Assembly (NCBI GenBank): GCA_977030845.1
Contig: OZ365111.1
Location: 50,468,001 to 50,532,000 of the forward strand
DNA length: 64,000 nt
DNA from: Fimbriosthenelais zetlandica
Lineage: Eukaryota
Reading direction: 5' to 3'
Shown: in pieces, positions 28,813-41,711 of the stretch
Numbering within the stretch: position 1 is the first letter of the stretch
Layout of the letters: the number at the start of each line of letters is the position of its first letter
Program-made: the position numbers and the translations under genes
Notes under the pieces: generated by a model
Seen by the model: only the letters and a program-made list of their open reading frames with translations
The model's database searches: none
Told to the model about the DNA's origin: nothing

Positions 28813-30230
28813 CAATTTCATCCCCTTATGGATCTTCTTAACAAATCCTAAGCATATCAGGAGCCAATATGCAACCTATCGTCGAGCCAACCATCCTGAA
28901 TTTCCGCAAATCAGTTGCCTGATTAATCAGCTTGGTGTGACTCATACCTCACTAGATTGTTCCTGCTGGGTTATATGGGTTAGAGAAATGACTTGTGGGT
29001 TTGTGAGGGATCAGATGATATTGATGTTTTATCTTTAACTGACTATCAATATTTATTATGATCATACAGTGACAGGTAACTCACACTAACCCGTGATACT
29101 TCACCACCCATACCCCGGCCAGGATCGTCTTTCTGGGTCTAGTATCTTGATATCTGGATCAAAACCCTTCTATAACACTTGCTCCCTTATACTAGAGTGG
29201 ATTAGCCCAGAAAAATCCGGCAAGTGAAATCATGTTTTGTATAAGTTAGAAGAAAATAATCCCATGCAGGATTTCCAGGAGAACATTTGAAGTTTCTCTA
29301 AGATCAAAATTGTAATAAATGTCCATTTTTCGAGCCAGAGAAACTTGACAGTTACCTTTTTGCCAGAAACATTTTTCCATTATTTCCAGTCTCTCACTCT
29401 GTTTTTTACTTCCAAACATAGAAGATGGATCGAGAACAATTCCTGGGATCAAACAATTCCTGGGCTCAAAAATAGTTCCAAATTCCTACCAAAACTCCAG
29501 ATATTTGCACCAGGAATGGACGGTATCAGGTAAAGGCCAGGGGTTGCTAGAGATACCGATCCAAATAACTTCCCAGATAAGTTATCCGTTACCTAGGAGA
29601 CCAGGTAATCTTTGATCTCTACCTGGTTCTACATTATTAGTACTAATCTGTGCCTCTAATCTGGGTATGGCTTCTCTCCTTCTGTAGATGGTAGGCCATG
29701 GATTAGCTCAGAAGATAAGCATCTCTTTATAGCCAAGCAAAGTAAATGGAAAATGGTAATCTGCCTCGGTTAATCTGCTATCTTTTTAAGATTCTCACTC
29801 AGATTCAATTGCTTTTTCACATACATGTATTTTTAAAACTTTTTATGTTTTTATTTTCCCAGGATTTTATGGAATCTGGACTTGAAAAGCACTTAAAAGT
29901 AACGCCCCATATTCTTGAGATATTTCTCTGAGCGGCAGGAGTTCTTTCTCAGTTTTAATTGCTTATATCAATCATTCTAAATCTTTTCTATAATAAACTG
30001 CTCAAGACAGAAACCTCTCCTGACTTGGTACTACCGAGACTGATCTTATATCCTTGACCTACTGTTTATGTGATTGAAATCTCATCGTGGCGAAATTTCC
30101 ATTTGAGAAGGTGGCGAATGTCCCTCTTTTAACTATACCATTCTAAAATCATTCTAATGTAATTGTATTTTCTTCATTTTCACTCAAACTTTCACATAAT
30201 TTCTTGAGAATGACATTTTAAGTGGCTCAC

Positions 30231-30398
30231 CATGTTGAGGTACTTCTCTGAGAGGCTGGAGCTCTGTCTCTGGGTCATCTGCTGTATGTGATTCAGCCAT
30301 TCTGTCAGCTCCTTGTACTGCTGCATAAACTCAGTAAACGACACATTGGTCTGTGACAGCAGGTCGTCAGACTCCCACGACAGGTCGCTCTCAGTCGA
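30231..30398 (-). CDS. Coding exon (56 codons, phase 0-0) STESDLSWESDD...FMQQYKELTEWLNHIQQM...SEKYLNM; start of a spectrin-like repeat
   Basis: Polypyrimidine tract and acceptor tttcag|TCG; donor ATG|gtgagc; open frame; Y-x-E-L-x-x-W-L spectrin helix A signature. Not in the ORF track because it lacks an upstream ATG. Confidence 0.88.
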
Positions 30399-33233
30399 CT
30401 GAAAAATACAAACAAAATACTCATAAATATATAGTCAGATTTAATACAAAATTAATACAAGAAAGTTCAAAGACAGAAAGGGACATCCCTTCATTCCTAT
30501 TAAATTCCTGCAAAACCTATGGAAAGAAAGAAAGAATGGTTTAACTCAAGTTATCAAGGAAATTCTCATATATTTTTTGTAATAAATAATTCAAAACGCT
30601 AGGAGAAAGACATATGGGCCACCCCCTCATTCTTCCAAAACCTATAATACTAAGGATTGAAAGAAAGAATGGTTAAATCCTATACTAAGTATAGAAAGAA
30701 AGCAAATACAAATCAGTGCATTAGTTAGATGCTACTTTTGGACAAGCATAAAGACAATATTTATGGGAGGAAATAATTATATTGTATGTTAGATTTTCAG
30801 TTTTTTATTGTCAAATCAAGGTGGCATTTAAGATATTTTTTTGTTGATATGATGATATATTCCAGGAAACCCCATTTTATGTAGGCCTATACACGTGTGA
30901 GCGAATAAATATGTATTATTGAGATTAACCTATTGACCCTGAGGATGAATAAAGCAGGTAATAACTGGTAGCGAGGCCTGTATAATCTATCATTATCCTC
31001 ACCAAATATATCCACATCCAGGATCAAATATGTGAGCATGTGTGTAAAATATATGGGTATGCAGGCTTCACATGTGGAACAAATAACACATAACTATTAA
31101 TGGGTCAAACAGAGTGACCCCATTTTTATATTTGTAGTATGGATGGATTTATGTCTATAATAGAGAGACTGGGTGGTTTCCACAGGTGCTGAACATAAGA
31201 CATGAAAGAGAGGGACATAGAGGTAATTAATACTGACACAGCAATAGGTGCCATGTGTAGTGGGGATATATGAACTATGACTGACCTATAACTGGAACAT
31301 GTGTATATAATACATGTATAGGGGGGATGGGGATGGTATAGGGGGATGGGGTAGTCTCCCACCATAGACAGTGGAAGACAAGGATGGACTTTGATAGTCA
31401 AGCATTTTTCAGCTATCTCAGGGTCAGTATGAAACACGCTATCGGCAATCAATGCCCTGCTCTTCTCAAACGGCAGCAATATGGTTCTTTACATGCATCT
31501 CACTAAAGACAGTATGAGACATGTCATGGATTCATTGTCTTTGATATCCCAGTTAGCAGCACTAGATGGAGAATGGCAATGGAGAGGCCAAGTGAAAGGT
31601 GGGAGAGATTGAAGAAGGCACTCGACAGAGTATACATGTACCTATCATGTATCAAGAATGTCAGTTTCAATTGAATGCCTCTACTAGCCATGAAATCCCA
31701 TGAACTGATAGTGTTCCATTCATATGGGCTATCATGCCTATGGGCTGGATTCTGAAACCTATTTTTATTTTGTGAGGAAACTTGAAATAAAGTGATGAAA
31801 CATTCCATGGCGATATGTCAATACAGTTTTTATTTTATAAACTTTTGTTTTTCTTTCTTAGGATGTGAGTGGAATTTGGGACTTCAATACTATAATTTTT
31901 ACGACAAAAGATATCTGAATAATTGATAAGGTCCTTGTGTTAATGCAGTTCTTTGAGGTTCTAGTGTTTTCACTAGGTGCCCTACATGACCTGTGAAAGT
32001 TGAAGGTGAATTCAAGCATTCTGTGGTTTACCTGCACTCAGTGCCAACCGTGAAAACCCAGGTTCATGGCACCCCAACGCACCCACTGAGCACAGGTAAA
32101 GTCATGCCCCCACCTACCACCATAGGAGTGTATCTCCCTGATTTTGAAAGGAAAAAAATCAGAGATCTGGGAAAAAATCCTGGGTACTCCTACTTAGGAA
32201 ATTCAGTATCTGTCCCAGACTTTTTCAAACAAGAACCCCAACTATGGCGGGGAGACACTGCAATGCAGTACAAGACATTCAACATATTGACATTTTTCTA
32301 AGATATAAATCACAGTCTAAACCATCTGATTTAGCGTTATCTATGGCAGTAGGTGGGGGCAGCCCATAATAAAGGTAAAGTCCATAATGAGGGGATAGAA
32401 ACCACAGGTAAGGCTGCAGGTCGTCTACAGGTACGGATCATTGACTGTACTAATCCCCACTCAGTGAGGACTATTATTAAACCCACCTATAACACCTAGA
32501 GTGACCTGGTCAGTGGTGAGCTGAACCCAATTAGTCTCACTGTGTGATAATATATATCTACATTAGACGGGCATGGGTCACTAACACCAGCAGATATTCA
32601 TTACACATACCCGGTCACTGGGCTTTTCATAAAGGAATAAGAAAATATTGCTTCAGAAAAACTGCTAATCTGCTATCCCCAAGATATTTTCAGAAGATCA
32701 ATTTGTAAGAATCAAAAGATTTCTGAACGTAGAATGGGAACCCTTAGTCTAAGACTCTAGAAATAAAAAATAAATTGGAGCAAGTATATAATGTATCATA
32801 GAACAAGTTCTGTTGTATGAATACATCTCAGGAAGTAATTAAAATTGGACATTTATAATTGCAAAACATCATATATATGAATGAATATAGGGCATTATGT
32901 AATGACTTTGCATCGACTGTATGGCACTGGTCTAGCAATGATTATGTCGAAATCCCAATTGATAATCCTTAGCAAAGTACTGACAAAGACCTGAGCAAAT
33001 CTAACATACATAAATAATATACCAATGGGCAATGATAGATCATGACAGTATAGAGCCTACTGCTGAGAAAAGGGCAATGCCCCCCTGTAGGTGGACAGAA
33101 CTCATATGATAGACACCCCGGATAGAGGGTACTCAAGGTATGACCTCTGACACTCACACCTGGCCATGGTCGCCACTCATTTCATACCATTTACATACTC
33201 CCTATATTAGACACTACTAAGTCTTAGTAATGG

Positions 33234-33352
33234 AGTAGCTCCATTGCACTGGTTGCGATTTTTGTTGAGGCTAGCCCTTGCGGCTGCCTTTATTTGGCTG
33301 CAATAGCCGCATCTGCAGTCGCAAAACTTGCAAATAGATTACAGCAATAACT
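33234..33352 (-). mobile_element. Interspersed repeat fragment; inverted homolog at 38942-39039
   Basis: Shared ATCTATTTGCAAGT and CAAGGGCT.GCC.CAAC AAAATCGCAAC...GCTAC blocks in opposite orientation. Confidence 0.7.
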
Positions 33353-35935
33353 TATATCAAGCTTTTGCCAGTGCCGTTTCAAACATACATGTATTCGGAA
33401 TATCAAACATTTTGTAATCTGATTTTCAAATGTTAGAATGTTAAGTATACTCATATAGAAGTTAAATGGGATAAGTCTTAGTCATCAATATAAAACAGAT
33501 TTGACATTTTTTACAACTGTCAACATGGATGTGTATTGAGTCGTACTATAATTGACCTAATTATAAGTTAACTGATGTAAAAGTAAAGCAGTGATGACAA
33601 TAGAGTCAGCTCAGCGTGGAGGGTGATGAGTCATTGCGGCCTGTAGCTCCTTCCTCTATAATTTACAATGAGGGAAGCTGGGGCGGCGCGTCAACGACAA
33701 ACCACAACCCACTGATATGCTGGTCAATATTCATTTTTTCAGCCGTTTTGTGGGTTGTTCATACTCAGATTTTTTCCAAGGTTTAGTCCTATCCTTTTCA
33801 GTTTTTATTAGGGTTTTCAGAGAAAATTGAAATAAGAAGAAACTCTTCAAATACACTACAGCTGTTTATAGTGTAATGGTGGCTTATCCCTAAGTAATTG
33901 TTCCAGTGTTGGTCTTAATTCACTGGAGTTAAATTTAGGGTGGGGAAAGGCGTGAACTATATGACTTATACTTCAATTTATAATACATTTTTATGAATTT
34001 GAGAAAAATGTTATAAAAAAATTTCTCTAACATTTTCCTCATATTATTTCATATAAAGCCACTTTATAAAAACTAAAATAATACTAGAGAAATGAATTGG
34101 AGTTTATCACATAAACAATGAAAAAACAGACCCCAGTGTGCTATTACATCGGTTCCACCTCCTACACTTGCAGGCAATATGGCAGTCATATTAGTTTTTT
34201 GCACATTAATATTCATATTAAAGCTTAAAGTTGTGCCCTTAATGCACTAAGTCTGCGTACAAAGGGAATGAGAAATTGATAATTACAGTTCCCATGCGTC
34301 CTATTCCAAGAGGCCCCTGCCGCAATGGCCAAAGGTTCAGGGTAGACCCAAAGGCTAGACTGACCCACGACCCCAAAAATAATTTATTTTTGTTAACCTA
34401 AAGCAAGTCAAAATTTAATTAACTTTGCCCAAGTTTCCTTCCTTCAAAGTGGACAAACCCAGTCCTTCACAGGTTGGCATTGTTTTAATTAAATAACATT
34501 TCTATTTTTTCAGAGATATTTTTGAATATATTGCATACAACAGGACGTTTCAAAGTCTAAGGTCTGGACTAGGCTTGAGGGGTTCACCCCTGGCCCATGA
34601 TGATTCAGGTTCATCCCTTTGTCTAATCTTCAAAGGTGGACCCGTCCAATCTCTCACGGCCATTTAGGGCTGCCCTATTATCATGCACCCCAAATCAAAG
34701 CCTAACAATGCAATCATTAGAAATGATGGAGTTTTTCACAAACCATCCATGCCATCTTTTTGCATTGTTCTGGGGATGTTAATTAAAACATCCATTGATA
34801 TGGGCAAGAGTAGGAGCTTTGACAACAAAGTGTTTGGACATTGTCTATTACCCCTTGTTCTGTAATGGAGTTAAAAGGTTAGGTTATAAGGGTTAATTGA
34901 GTCATTCGGACATTGATCTAGGACATTTTTCGAGGTCATTGGTAGAATTCAAATATAAAGACTAAAATATCGACTTCATTTTCTGAATATATTTCTTGGA
35001 TATATGGGTTAGTCCGGTTAATTGCACAACAATGCTTTGGCATATATATGGCTGTGCAAGGCCTTCTCAACCTGGCAATGGCTGCACAACTTCCAGAACA
35101 AAACTTTAACAATATTCTGGGTGATTTAGTGAAGGATAGGTATACCTGATGACAGTTAGCTCTGCTCCATTTAAGGTAAAATAAATGTCTAACATCCACA
35201 GACGTGATCTCCTGTAGACCTGGACGTAACAGGCAAGGTAAGCACAGACATCGAGCTACCTCCATCTCAAATACATTCAATCTCACCGTGTCCAATATGT
35301 ATTAGAATCACAAAATTCCGATGACAATTTCTTGGGTACAATCAAGTGTCTACTAGCCCATCGACAAATTACTCAATTTTCAATCTTTTTCGGTTAATAT
35401 CCAATTGATCGGTTAGATATTCCTCCATTTGGATGCAATGTTTCTGACCAAATGGCAAGATATGAGCATTCCACTATTCTTCTTGGACTAAGAGTACCAA
35501 ATCTAACTGCAGATCAGTTGCACTTGCCAGTCCTTAATTGGTTCTTAACTATTACCAAGCTGGACTTATAGATCCCAGGTGAGCCAGAGATTGAACGATT
35601 ACAGACGCTATATGCTATGTTCATTAGAGCTGCGGTGCATTTTTTTGTGGTATTAGTATATCAATACAATGTTGATACTTGAACACAAGTACAGCATATG
35701 TTTCTAGTTAGAACAGGTAGGCATTTCCAAACACTTAAAGCTCTTAATGGGCTTGTGTCAGATATATTTTGAGAAGTATTTAACAGTTTTTATTTAATGA
35801 TTAATTTGATTGTATGACTTAATTCCTTATTATTAAGAACTTTATTGAGAGACATATATGCTAGGATTGGTTTAACTTTGGAAGCTCAACCAAGGTCATA
35901 TCATAAGCAGGAAACATGCTGTCGGCTCTCCATAG

Positions 35936-36017
35936 ACTGCTGTTCAAGTCGCAGCAGAGAGATTAGTTCTAATCTCTCTGGTCACAGCAATTTTTTCTAC
36001 TCTTCTTGAACAGCAGT
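35936..36017. repeat. 82-bp nested inverted repeat: 13-bp outer arms and a 12-bp inner perfect hairpin
   Basis: ACTGCTGTTCAAG/CTTGAACAGCAGT; inner CAGAGAGATTAG-tt-CTAATCTCTCTG (35955-35980). Confidence 0.85.
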
Positions 36018-36741
36018 GCTAAATGGTTCTTATACAGAGCTTACTATGGTAGAAAACCATACCCTTGATGTATAGACTAACATGTAATATATGGAGGGCC
36101 ACTTGTAGGAGGGAAGCTGGCGTAATGTATGATTTGCCTTAATGTGTTTAGGAGAGGCAGACGTGGGTGTAGAGCTTCAGGAAGTGCCTCCCCTGTGACC
36201 GTCCAGCCTCTCAATATGCTTCTACTAATGTAGAATAAGTGAGAACACCAGCTGAAGGTTGTACAGGAGCTAAGGCACATGGCTATATAATACCTGAGTG
36301 GAATTATTGGCTCATAAAAAGCCTTCCAGATGGCTACTTTATATGGACAAGTAAAATAAAATTGTACACAAAATACTTCGGACAAAAAAGATTAGAACTA
36401 TTTGTTGGATATTGGTCATTATGATATATATTGACTCATAAAACCCACCAATTTATGTGCAAATCGTGTTCAATCGTGTCGTAATTTTTTGGGCGATATG
36501 ATACAGTTTATGTAGATGGGATTTTATATGCCTATTATGCTTACGACATCTATTGAAACACCTGCAAGCTTATGAATTTAGTTAAAAATGTCTCCACCCA
36601 GTATCTCTTTCGTTAATATTATCATATGTTAAATTAATCAACATACTATCGAAGCTAAGCCAGCCATTGGAAAATTCCTTGAGGATAAGACCAATTTCCT
36701 CTCAGACAAGTGGTCAAGATTAGCATCGATCACTATGGGCC

Positions 36742-36755
36742 GTTGCCATGGTAAC
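36742..36755. promoter_or_regulatory. Consensus RFX X-box GTTGCCATGGTAAC
   Basis: Exact canonical X-box with symmetric CC/GG flanks, in a GC-richer patch. Confidence 0.55.
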
Positions 36756-38941
36756 GGGCATCTTATTTATTCTGAACATATCTATGACCGTCTGGCTGGT
36801 GGGTGGCCGGATCCCGACTGAGGGACCCGGGGAGGAATTCCCTAGCTGACCCCTGGGACAGAATTCCTACCAGGGATCCAAGCAGGAGATTTAGAGTTAA
36901 GAGGATTTCTATGCTAATTAATCCTCAAAAATCAATATTTCTTCAATGGACTTTAGTCAATGGTGGTGAAAAACACACCATCCCTACATCCCCCTCCACA
37001 AATTTCGCCTTCAATGCCACATTTTTCAATGAAAAAAAAACAACTTAAAATTCAACATCTGCTATCAAAAGCTATCACATCTTATCATGTAACAGATCTA
37101 CCATTGTGATATATTATAAGTAATTACTTGCATAACTACAATCTTCTCACTCCATCTCGTCCCTCAACTTTCCTTCTGAATGGCAGATACATGGGACCTA
37201 GTGGTCTAATATGCATTGCTTCCCTTAGGTTACACAGGTGCGTAATACAAACTCAAAAAGTTACAATCTATCCCAGGGCAATGCTGGTGTTCTGCCAAAA
37301 AGTGAAGGCACTTCTGGATGGTTTTGCAGTGGGTTTTGGAATGCCCAGGGGCTGAAGATGAACTGGGTGAATGTAATAAAGTTATGATGCATCATTCATC
37401 ATTCAGGGTGTAATGAATGGAGCTTTTGTAAGACATGATGTAAGGTTATGTCAACGTACATGGCAGATGTTCAAGTTTAATGAAGAAAATGTCAAATTTT
37501 GAGGACGAAAAGGGCAAATTGACAAGATACTAGAAATTATGGTGCAGATCTTTTTTCCATTTTTGTCAGTTCAAATTCAGAGGTTGTTAAGAAATACAGG
37601 GCTTTATATTTTGCCATTCTGGAAGAAAATCTGAAGTATTTTCCATGAGAATTTCCCAATATACAAATTGGAGAAATTTCATAACTGAAATTACTAGGGG
37701 TTGCTCCGAGTTCAACTGAATTCCCTTAGGATTCCGTTGTACATCTATAATTATCAATGGTGTGCAAACATTTCCAGTTATATGGCCAAACATCCAAATA
37801 ATCTAGAACCCCAATGAATGTACTAGCACCCTACCACTAGATGGCCACTTGACCTCTTTACTGAACCCTTGTTTATGAGTCCACGAGAACCCAGGAACCC
37901 TATAAACACTTTAGGTTTTCCACCTCAATGTTTACCTGCATTTCATTCACTTGAAATCATGGATAATTTTCTTAATTTCCAGGACATTACAATAGTCGAC
38001 GAACTCATATTGATGGGCATGGGTATAGATTCAAAAAACCGTCCAGGGACCCAAGCTATTTAGAAATAAATCCATAGGATTTGAGTAGTAATCCCAATGA
38101 TTGGGTGGATTGAAAACCTTAGAAGCTATTCACCTGTTGAGGAAGGTGCTTTCTATATATATCAGAGGGGGATCAGAGACTAATAGAAAGCTCAGTGATG
38201 ACCATCCATGCATTTATAAGGCGCTTAACAGGTTTAAAAGATCAGGGACAAAATCTACCCAAATGTCAAAGTGCGAGGTAGGGACTTGAAAACTGTATAA
38301 TGTGCCCACAATTTTAGGGTACCTACACGCAAAAGGTTGGGGTCAAAAGAAACATTGTCTCAATTTCGGAAAAGAAATTAAAAATATACCCCATGGACAT
38401 AAGACAAACGAAGGGTAAGAAGTTTAATGGGAATTTTAAAACTTTTTGGAGTACAACCAAATTCCATGAGCTGGGACTTTTCCAAACTTATTGAACATTT
38501 GTCTTAGTGAAGACATCTGTATGTACCTGTCTGTGTGTGGGGGCCTCAGGCTAACTGCTCCTGTGGTGTGGAAATAGGCTGCAGCCCATTCACCTGTTGG
38601 GGGTTAGGGGCGGGGGGTGGGGGGTGCGGGCGGGGGCTAAACTAAAGACAATATGTCACCTGCAGAGATGCTTGACACCCCGGGCCACGACTGATGGAAA
38701 ATTAAGTTAAATGTCCTTCAACCCAATTTTCCTCATGCCCCAGGGTAAGATTGTCACTAGACTTGCTCCCAGGCTCCTGGACATTGGCTCGAGGACTTGA
38801 GTAAGTTTGACAGAGGTATTTGGTTGCAGTCCTGGCATCTTTCCTAATATAATGTGGTAGCTCCCCAGGATTTTCTAAAGGCAAATGTCGCAAGTGTAAC
38901 TGCACTAGCAGAGGCTTGCTATTTGCGAGAGGTGCCTATAT

Positions 38942-39039
38942 TGTGATCTATTTGCAAGTGGTGTCGGAGATATTGCTGTTGGGGAAAGTCAAGCACAAGG
39001 GCTTGCCGCAACAAAATCGCAACACTCGTAACGGGCTAC
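38942..39039 (+). mobile_element. Second copy of the 33234-33352 repeat
   Basis: See the 33234-33352 feature. Confidence 0.7.
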
Positions 39040-40590
39040 AATATAATCAACTTTCATCTCTGCAACTAATGACTTGCACCAGATCAGGGCTTAATTTGAT
39101 CGGAATTTGATCTTGAATCCTTTTAATCAAAAATAACTCAGTAAAAAAAACCGAGTAAAGGATCAAGCAAACCCAAGTCTTGAAAATGTTCACACATAGA
39201 GGGACCTTTGTAACCAGTGAGCATGTACGTTTTTGTGTAAACGTGTGTAATATTTTAAAGCTCACACGCTCTGATAAATCTTACATTATAGGTCTGTAAT
39301 CAAGCACCGCTTACCACTGATGTATGATCCCCACGTAATAATGGCTTATAATAAGACACATGCACAGAGGCGAGGTGTAGTAAATCATGGTTTCTAAGTC
39401 ACACCCGAGTGTGATTTTATTAATACCCCAGGCATTCACCAAATTTGACAATTTCCTTTCTCCAATCAGTGCTGCTAACTGGGATAAGAAAGGCCAGGCA
39501 GATTTCAAACTCTCTATGATGAAAGGACATTTGTTGCTATTATATTTCCTATTCGTCCACCTTAAACCAGTGCTAGTTTCTGCTAGAAGAACTCGCACCA
39601 TTCCCGCCAAAAAGCTGCAGGGGTCTAAATTTAATCGAAAGTTTTATTTCACTTTTAAGAAGAGAACAGAAGGTTTGGCTTGAAGGGATGGATTCAAAGA
39701 CAAGATATTTACCTTGTCACTTCAATATCCAGTCACAAGTGTAATCCCTGTCACTTTACGTCTTAAAAAGCTGTCCTTCCAGCACTCACTCACCTAGTAA
39801 TAACAATATTCTGGCCAAGATTATTTCCCTCTGGCAGTTTTTGTAACTGTTTTTTCTGTCTAATCTTATGCAAAAAACAGACTGTATGATTCACCCATCA
39901 TTTTCCATCCACATTTCAGGTCAAACACTCAAGAAACAATCTTATGTGTCGACAAACATCACGACTATTTACAGAAACAACTTGGCCAAATCATTCACCA
40001 AACTTTTAAAAAATCCATCTGTGCTCCTCAACTTTGTACTGACTGCACCTTGACACACACCTCTATTTTGATTGGCCTTAGTCGTAAAATAACAGTATTT
40101 CACCCAGCAGGGAGTCTAGGGGCTCTGATCTCTCCCTAGTTTTCGTTTGAAAGTGGCTCATTCTTTCCCACAGAGGATGAATGTTGCATGGTAAATGCTT
40201 AGATAACATCACAATGGCTGTCCATTGAAGCTCAAACGGGCCTATATAATACTATGTATCAAGGCCTCTCTATTCATACATTTTATATACATTACATGTA
40301 GGCCTATGTCTACCCTATTCTTAAGCTTTCACGGGCGTTTCCTTTCCATTTTCCAGGTTGTTAGCCTCTGTACATGGGGCTTTGACTTGGCAATTGGTGG
40401 GGTGAATTGAGGCTGTGTAATAGCGGTATATAACCCCATGAATCAATCCTAATATCAATGTTAGACATCCAGCTATTGATGGTGAATGACTATAGTACAA
40501 ATTCCACTACATGCAATGCAGCCATTCATTGATCAAGTAGAGGATTGACGGGCAAGTGACGGAGATTAATCACTTTCAGTTTCCTTTTGT

Positions 40591-40908
40591 GGCAAGATGA
40601 ATGAATTGCTCGATGTTCAATTGCCTCAATGCATCCAGTTCTGATTTAACCAAAAGGACTTGCATTCTTGTTACAAACTCAATTTTCAAACTATTTTCTC
40701 ATTCTAGGTGCAATAATTCACGAGGAAAATTCATCTAAAAGCTGTACTTAAACATGTTTTGGCAGGATGAATGAACTGTTCAATTGGCTTAATGTATCAA
40801 TGTTTCCGATTTTAACCAATAGGCCTTACATTCTTGCTACAAACTATTTTCTCCTTCGGAGAACAATAATTCACGGGGGAAATTACTCTGAAAGCTGCAT
40901 TTAAAATT
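40591..40908. repeat. Degenerate tandem duplication, period 170 bp
   Basis: ggca(a/g)gatgaatgaa at 40591 and 40761; cattcttg.tacaaact and caataattcacg shared. Confidence 0.8.
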
Positions 40909-41524
40909 TAGTCACTGAATAATGCATTTCACTAATGCATATTCCAATACACCCGTATCTCTGTCACCATATATAACAGGTGATGACTCATTCTTACTAT
41001 GTCTCAATACATAAACATATCCTTTGTATTTTTCATCGCCTGTGGTCCTTTGCTCAGAGCCTCGGGTTTAAGTAAAGGCATTGGCTGCAAATGGTTACAA
41101 AAGATAAATAGCCAGCGGTCAAACCCAGTCTATTTCTTTAGGCCTAAATATACAATGTTACTGCAGATCACAGTTGGGGGTTTTCTTGCCCCAAACTTGT
41201 CTCCAAAATTAAACTATTGAAGGCCATTTTGTGGAATTTTACTTCCAGGGATGACATCTTTATAAGCTTTTCTCAGCGTTTCCTGTTTCTCATTGAAACA
41301 TTGATTTTTCCTTATGATTTTCCAGAATTCCAGGATAATAAATTATCTGGACCTATTTCATTTTGACATTATTTTTGAATAGGGAAACCTGTTCTCATTT
41401 CCCCGGTTGGCTGGGAATCATGGACACATACATGTACATCAATATTATGGCACATTGCGACAATAATATAAGCCTCTCAATTGCTTCCCATACCAGAAGT
41501 CCTTGTAATAAGGGAGGAGATTTG

Positions 41525-41558
41525 GTTACCATGGAATCTTGCCGGTTACCATGACAAT
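41525..41558. promoter_or_regulatory. Tandem X-box-like sites GTTACCATGGAATC and GTTACCATGACAAT
   Basis: Two GTTACCATG half-sites 20 bp apart; the second is near consensus. Confidence 0.4.
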
Positions 41559-41711
41559 ACCCCGCCTGGAGGAGTAGGAGGAGTAGATGAACATGTGACC
41601 AGACCTGCCCCTCCCTCTACTCTTCCTCCTGGGTTTGTTTACACCCTGGAGCAGCCACGTCATAAGCTCCAGCGTGGCATCTCATCCTCCATATTTATTA
41701 CCGTAAAGTTC

